Source: Amoebophrya sp. A120 (taxonomy: Eukaryota; Protista; Dinoflagellata). Taken from it: 64,000 nt of DNA. The notes beneath the pieces were generated by a model, which saw only the letters and a program-made list of their open reading frames with translations, made no database searches and was not told the DNA's origin. Positions 59,301-64,000 of the stretch are shown here, piece by piece. Location of the stretch: NCBI GenBank assembly GCA_905178155.1, contig CAJINV010000005.1, forward strand, positions 2,420,054 to 2,484,053, given 5' to 3'. Every line of letters starts with the position of its first letter. Position 1 is the stretch's first letter. A program made the position numbers and the translations under genes.

Positions 59301-62300
59301 CTCGAAGCAGGCCAAGAGCAAGGCGAAAAAATCTTCAAATAAAGTTGCGGGCGTAGGAGCTGCATCTACTACGGAAGCAAGTGGTGCGACCACCTCTGCG
59401 GCGACAATGTCCTTGAGTGAACGCCTCCGGAAGAAAATTTCCAATTTGAAACACGACTACATTTCCATCCGGGCAGGAGAAATCTTCGCGAAGAACAAAA
59501 ATAAAGCCAATGTCGGGTTGGAGCTAGGCGTCAGGCATTTTGGAGGAGAAGAGCCGACCTGGTATGATGTTGCCGAGTTTGAAACTACCTTGGAGCGAGC
59601 GGAAAATAAGACCACCGCCTGGATGAATATCGGTGCAGAAGATATGGATCTGTCAGGATTGAAATCGTCAAAGTTGAAATTATTTGTGATGCATAAAATG
59701 CAAGGCATGAAGTGCTTGTCTTGCCGGGATGGCAAGTGAGGCCGACCGTCAGCCTGTTTAGGGTTTGAAATAGACATGCTGAAGTAGCATGACAAAAGCA
59801 GTCTCCTGTGCCCAAACAGCATGACAAACTGGATTCCGGTGCTCGAAAAATTTGTCATGCGCCGCTTGATAAGTGGGCTTGCGACTGGTATCGGTTTCAT
59901 GCATGACAAATTATTTCAACTTTGTCGATTTCAAACCTGACGCTTCCATAGAAGACACCAGCAGTAGTGCCGGTCCTCTTTTCCTCTCACTTTGTGACAA
60001 CAGCGAGAATCTCGTTGTCCGCTTCATGTGCCGCGACCCCACGAAGCCCACGACCTCGTCGTCCCAAGCGGAGAACGGTCGTGCCGCGGTGGCACAAAGC
60101 AAGCCCTTTTGTTCATCCTTTGTGCTGCACACGGACACAATGGACACGATGGCGATGCTGAAGCAGTTACTCTCCAGGTCTAAAGTGCGGTTCGTCCTTG
60201 GCGTTGAAGCTGGAACCGTTTCTACTACTGCGTCTTCGGAGGCTAGTACAACAAGGACGGATTTTTTACCAAGCTTCAACTTCGATCGCGAGGCGTTTGA
60301 CGCGCAACTACGCAAATTCGATTTATACTCCGTCGCCGGGATCCGGAAGCGCGGGTATGCGCACTGTTTATCACATTCTGAGTTTCTGAAGCGATACAAA
60401 GCGATAGCAGCTCCATCATCTCCAGGAGGGTCGACTACATCGAGTGCAGCAAAAATAGTAGACGCTGTTGTTTCCGGTCTGAACGAGGCAATTGGCGGCC
60501 AATTGCTCGTGTCGGATAAAGATAGAAGAAGCGAACTCCTCATCCAATGCGGGAAATCCAAAGTCTTCTTCAAAGAAGCCACTGCAAGTCTCCTTGAGAA
60601 GAAGAAAGTGATCCTCTCCAGCCAGTTCGCGACCAGGATACAGAAAGTCTGGCGCGGAAAAATAATCCGGAAGGAGCTGAAAGCCATGCCGATTTTGCTT
60701 CGGAAGATCCAGGACTTCCCAAAGAGGTTGAAGCTTGATTACAACGAATCGGAAGAGCTGACCGCGGTATCCTACCAAAACTTCTCCGAAGTGGAGAAGC
60801 ACGTCAATCAATGTGCGGAACTACTGGACTTGGTGCACGAGTCGACCTTTTGTATTGATGCGGGTCAAGATAATGAACAGCAACAGCAGGCAGCACCAGC
60901 AGAAGCACCAGCAGACCAAGGGCTGGTGCAGCTGCGTCGTCGAGAATTAGGTAATATACAACTGAATCCGGTGAAGACCCTGGAGCAGTGCCGCCAGAGA
61001 CTCCAGAACGTCGGCAATTTGTTTCAGCACGTCGAGCAGATGTGCGAAACGGAGGACCGGACCATGGAGATTTTCAGCATGCTGCAACGGTGTGCGGCTT
61101 TAGGTATGGGCCACTGTTTTGCCGTCCAGCAGCTCCAAGCGAGACACGACAATTTGGTCGCGCAGAGCAGCAGAGTTTTGCAGCTGAAGCGGTTGACGAA
61201 GAGGTGTCAGAGGTTTTTGGCGAAGACAGAAGGGCTGTTTGAACCTGTAGTGGTACAACAACTACCGGGTGGTGGAGGTAGTACAAATACATCTTCAGTG
61301 GAGATTTCCAATCTCGACCGTGAAGCCTTCAAACTGATGCGGAAAAGCGAGTTGAGCCAGGAGCTCAACGCCTCGGCCCTGCTTCTATCCGAGGAGGAAG
61401 ACAATAATTCTCCTAGCGGCGGAGGTGTTTCGACTGTTTTTACACCAAGAGCCACGAGAGCTCCAAACGACGGCGGACAGCACATCAGTAACCAAGACCA
61501 GGAGACGCGCTTCCAAAAATGCGTCGAGGAGGTTTTGCAGGCGTTTTTGACCGATTCTCATCGATTGTTAAACGAAATAGCGGTTTTCCAGCGGGAAGTT
61601 GAAATTATCGGAGAGCGCGACAGCGCCGTTGCGACCTGGACGAAACTCCTGACTTTCGACCCGTTTGAGGCCTTCTGTGACCTGACCTACACCGCGGTGC
61701 CGAAAGTGAAAAGTAGACACGCGGAAGTGAAGGAAAAAATGCTTCTTCAGCAACAGCTAGATGGAAAGAACAGTAGCGAAAATATTAAAAAAACCGTACA
61801 ACGCCTCAACACGCTCGAGCTGGAGTTCAACGCGAGAAGCAAGGCCTCGTCCAGTAGTAGATTCGGCAACTACAGCACCAGAACCGACAGCGTTTTCAGT
61901 TCGGGGGCGCCGAGCAGGAATTTGTCAACGGCGCAAACGACATCAAAACGTGGTCAAGAAATGATGGAGGATAGTGCTGCTGATCAAGAGATGGCAGTGG
62001 CGATCGATCTTTCCTCCGAAGCGCCACAGTTCCAGAATTTGTCGACAGCAGTTCCTCCGGGAGGCACCGGCCAGCTGACCACAGGAAACGACGACGAAGA
62101 CTACCCGATTAATATGCTTCAGCCCCAGCAGCTCGAAATCACGTCCTTCCTCCCATCCCCAACAAATAACTTTTTGAGCGACACGCTTCTCTCCCTGCTG
62201 CGCCTAGCCCCGAAGGGCACGCTTGACTCCGCGGGATGGCGGCGGGTTGGGAGCCTTGCTGAAGACCATAGCTTTAGCTTTATTCCGGCAGAAAGCTGCA

Positions 62301-64000
62301 TGAAACCTCCTGGCGAGGTTGGAGCTACTTCGTCGGAGGATGCACTAAGTGACGAACCTACAGAATTGGACCTCGCGTGTTTGTACCTGGCTTTTATGAA
62401 ATCCATCAGAAACATCGAAACCTACGACCAGGCTCTCATCGACGCCGCTTTCTGCAACACGATCGAGTTGAAGGGATGGTTAAGTCCACCGTCCTCGAAC
62501 CGCGAACAACAGCAAAAAATGCCATTGCAGCCGCGCTCCGACAGAAAGATCACCTGGACCTTGGACAGCACACAACTCGGCATCCTGGCCCGATCGCAAG
62601 TGTACCTCCGCGAAACTGAGATCGCGGAGAAGGCGGCGACGCTGGGGAGTGCGTTGGAAGGCAAAAGCGACGAATACGGTGCGGCGGAGGAGGATGAGGA
62701 AGAGCAGAAATCCCAACTGGCGCACGAGTTCGCCGCGGCCTTCACGGTGCGGAAAAATGATTTAAACCAGCAGCTCGAGGTTCTTTTGGGAACAGCTTTC
62801 GAGATGAATGGCGGTGCAGGGGCAACGAGCGTAGGTGTGCCATCAACATCATCTGCGTTGCGGATTCACTGCAGCCGAACGAAGAACCCAGACGGGGAAG
62901 AAGAGATCAAAGTGGAAATCAGAACACACGGCGATACTGGTGGACCAGGAGGTGATGTAATAATGGGGAACAATAATTCCATCAAGCAGCAATCATTCTT
63001 CTCAGAGCGGCTTGGTGCAACGAGCAGTCCGATATTTTTGCCGCAAGTACAACGACCTGTGATGTTCCCCCCGACAACTACAACAGGGTCTTCTTCTAGA
63101 GGACCTCGAGTTCTTGTTCAGCACGGTGGCGGTGCTGGGCCTCCTGCAGTTACTGCGATGTCCATGCCCACGGCATCGTTGTCCTCGACAGCAAGACTCC
63201 CCTTCACAGGAGCCACAGCTGCAGCAACAGCAGGTAGAGCCATGGTAAACCACGTGCAAACGGAAGATCTCCGGATCTGGGATAGCACGGACAGCGAGGA
63301 CGATGAGAATGCTTCTACCGTGTCCACCTCCAGCTGGGGAAACAATTTCGAAAGCAACTTCAACAAATCCTTCAACTCGCCAACGAGGTCGCCAATAGGT
63401 AGCCCTGGTGGTAGTCAACAACTGTTGCGGGCACAATCCCCAGAAATCAGCAAAACTATGATGTTGTCCTTGTCACCAAAGCATGTCAGAGCAAAAATCG
63501 ACTCCCGCGCCAGCAGCTCCGCCGGGTCGCGTATGCGGACAGCGTCGTCGAGCCTCAAGGGCGGGAACAACAGGAGAAACCAGCAAAGCCAAAAGATCTC
63601 CGGCCACGCCAGACGGGTTTTGTTGCAAGAAAGACTACTCCGCGCTCAGGACGAGTACGATTTGCCGATGATGCGACGGTGTCTGGAGCGGCTGAAACAA
63701 AAATACGAGATCGAAATCGACAAGGAGCACGCGGACGTGGTACAGCTGTTGGAAGCGTTGAGCAAAGAGTCCGTGATAAGGCAGAAACTGAAACTGACGA
63801 AAGAGGCGCTTGACCGGTCCAATCGGAACAACGGGAATGCTGGCTATGGTGCGACGTTTTCTTCTTCGCAAGTACAAGCTGGCGGTGCGTTTCTGCATGA
63901 CAAACACGGTAGCGTTCTTGCAGGGTCGTCCGCTGCATCGAACAAATCCAGCAGAATCAACAGTGCTTCTTTCTACAGTTCTACGACGAAAGCCGTGCAG
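56364..64000 (+). CDS. Highly divergent myosin-like protein (degenerate motor domain, IQ motif, long tail); 3'-partial. Exons 56364-56623, 56829-59642, 59956-end
   Basis: Myosin head motifs in order: LTDLPEVTRPAVLDTIEQRY, AYTF..LLVAVSP, PHLFEM..AF...NQSL, LLETFG..HFGKFLQL, FLLE, IGLLD, NYVNDK, RHFGG, FDAQLR..IRKRGY..HSEFLKRY, GKSKVFFK; IQ motif RIQKVWRGKIIR (~60630-60670). I saw no stop to the window end in the stretches I translated. Confidence 0.82.
56624..56828 (+). other. Canonical GT-AG intron in the myosin-like gene
   Basis: AG|gtaatt ... ccacag|G; splicing gives EQR-YTT in frame, matching the myosin 'RY' motif. Confidence 0.8.
59643..59950. mobile_element. Introner 50, family D (in the myosin-like gene)
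   Basis: TIRs; perfect DR gaaga; 313-nt removal continues the myosin motifs; opposite orientation to 8. Confidence 0.92.

Noticed and set aside
2443-59950. Pseudogene disrupted by MITE insertions
   Set aside because: Frame is restored at 50/50 sites and the exons stay open over more than 36 kb; RNA evidence is still needed for proof.
1-64000. Autonomous transposase or reverse transcriptase for the elements
   Set aside because: No DDE, tyrosine recombinase or RT motifs recognised; any mobiliser must be encoded elsewhere.

Overview
Eukaryotic genomic DNA, most likely a syndinian dinoflagellate of the Amoebophrya type (inferred from the intron elements). Almost all of 348-51657 is one giant + strand gene (about 12,200 codons in the window, 5' end missing). 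It encodes a Cys-rich, probably extracellular protein with GCC2/GCC3-like and EGF-like modules, a CAP/SCP domain and several unrecognised repeat regions. The gene is cut by 49 non-canonical, MITE-like intron elements (introners); a 50th lies in a downstream degenerate myosin-like gene (56364 to window end). Every element starts TAT (TAC in 5), ends ATA, has terminal inverted repeats (10 TIR families) and a 5-bp flanking direct repeat (36 perfect, 14 imperfect). I checked by hand that removing each element plus one direct-repeat copy restores the reading frame in all 50 cases. Sibling elements occur in both orientations. One introner carries a 2.2-kb poly(A)-tailed insertion with a 20-bp target-site duplication and a duplicated, apparently structured domain. 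A GC-rich higher-order satellite with palindromic flanks lies between the two genes. Most short ORFs in the supplied track are artefacts of these repeats.
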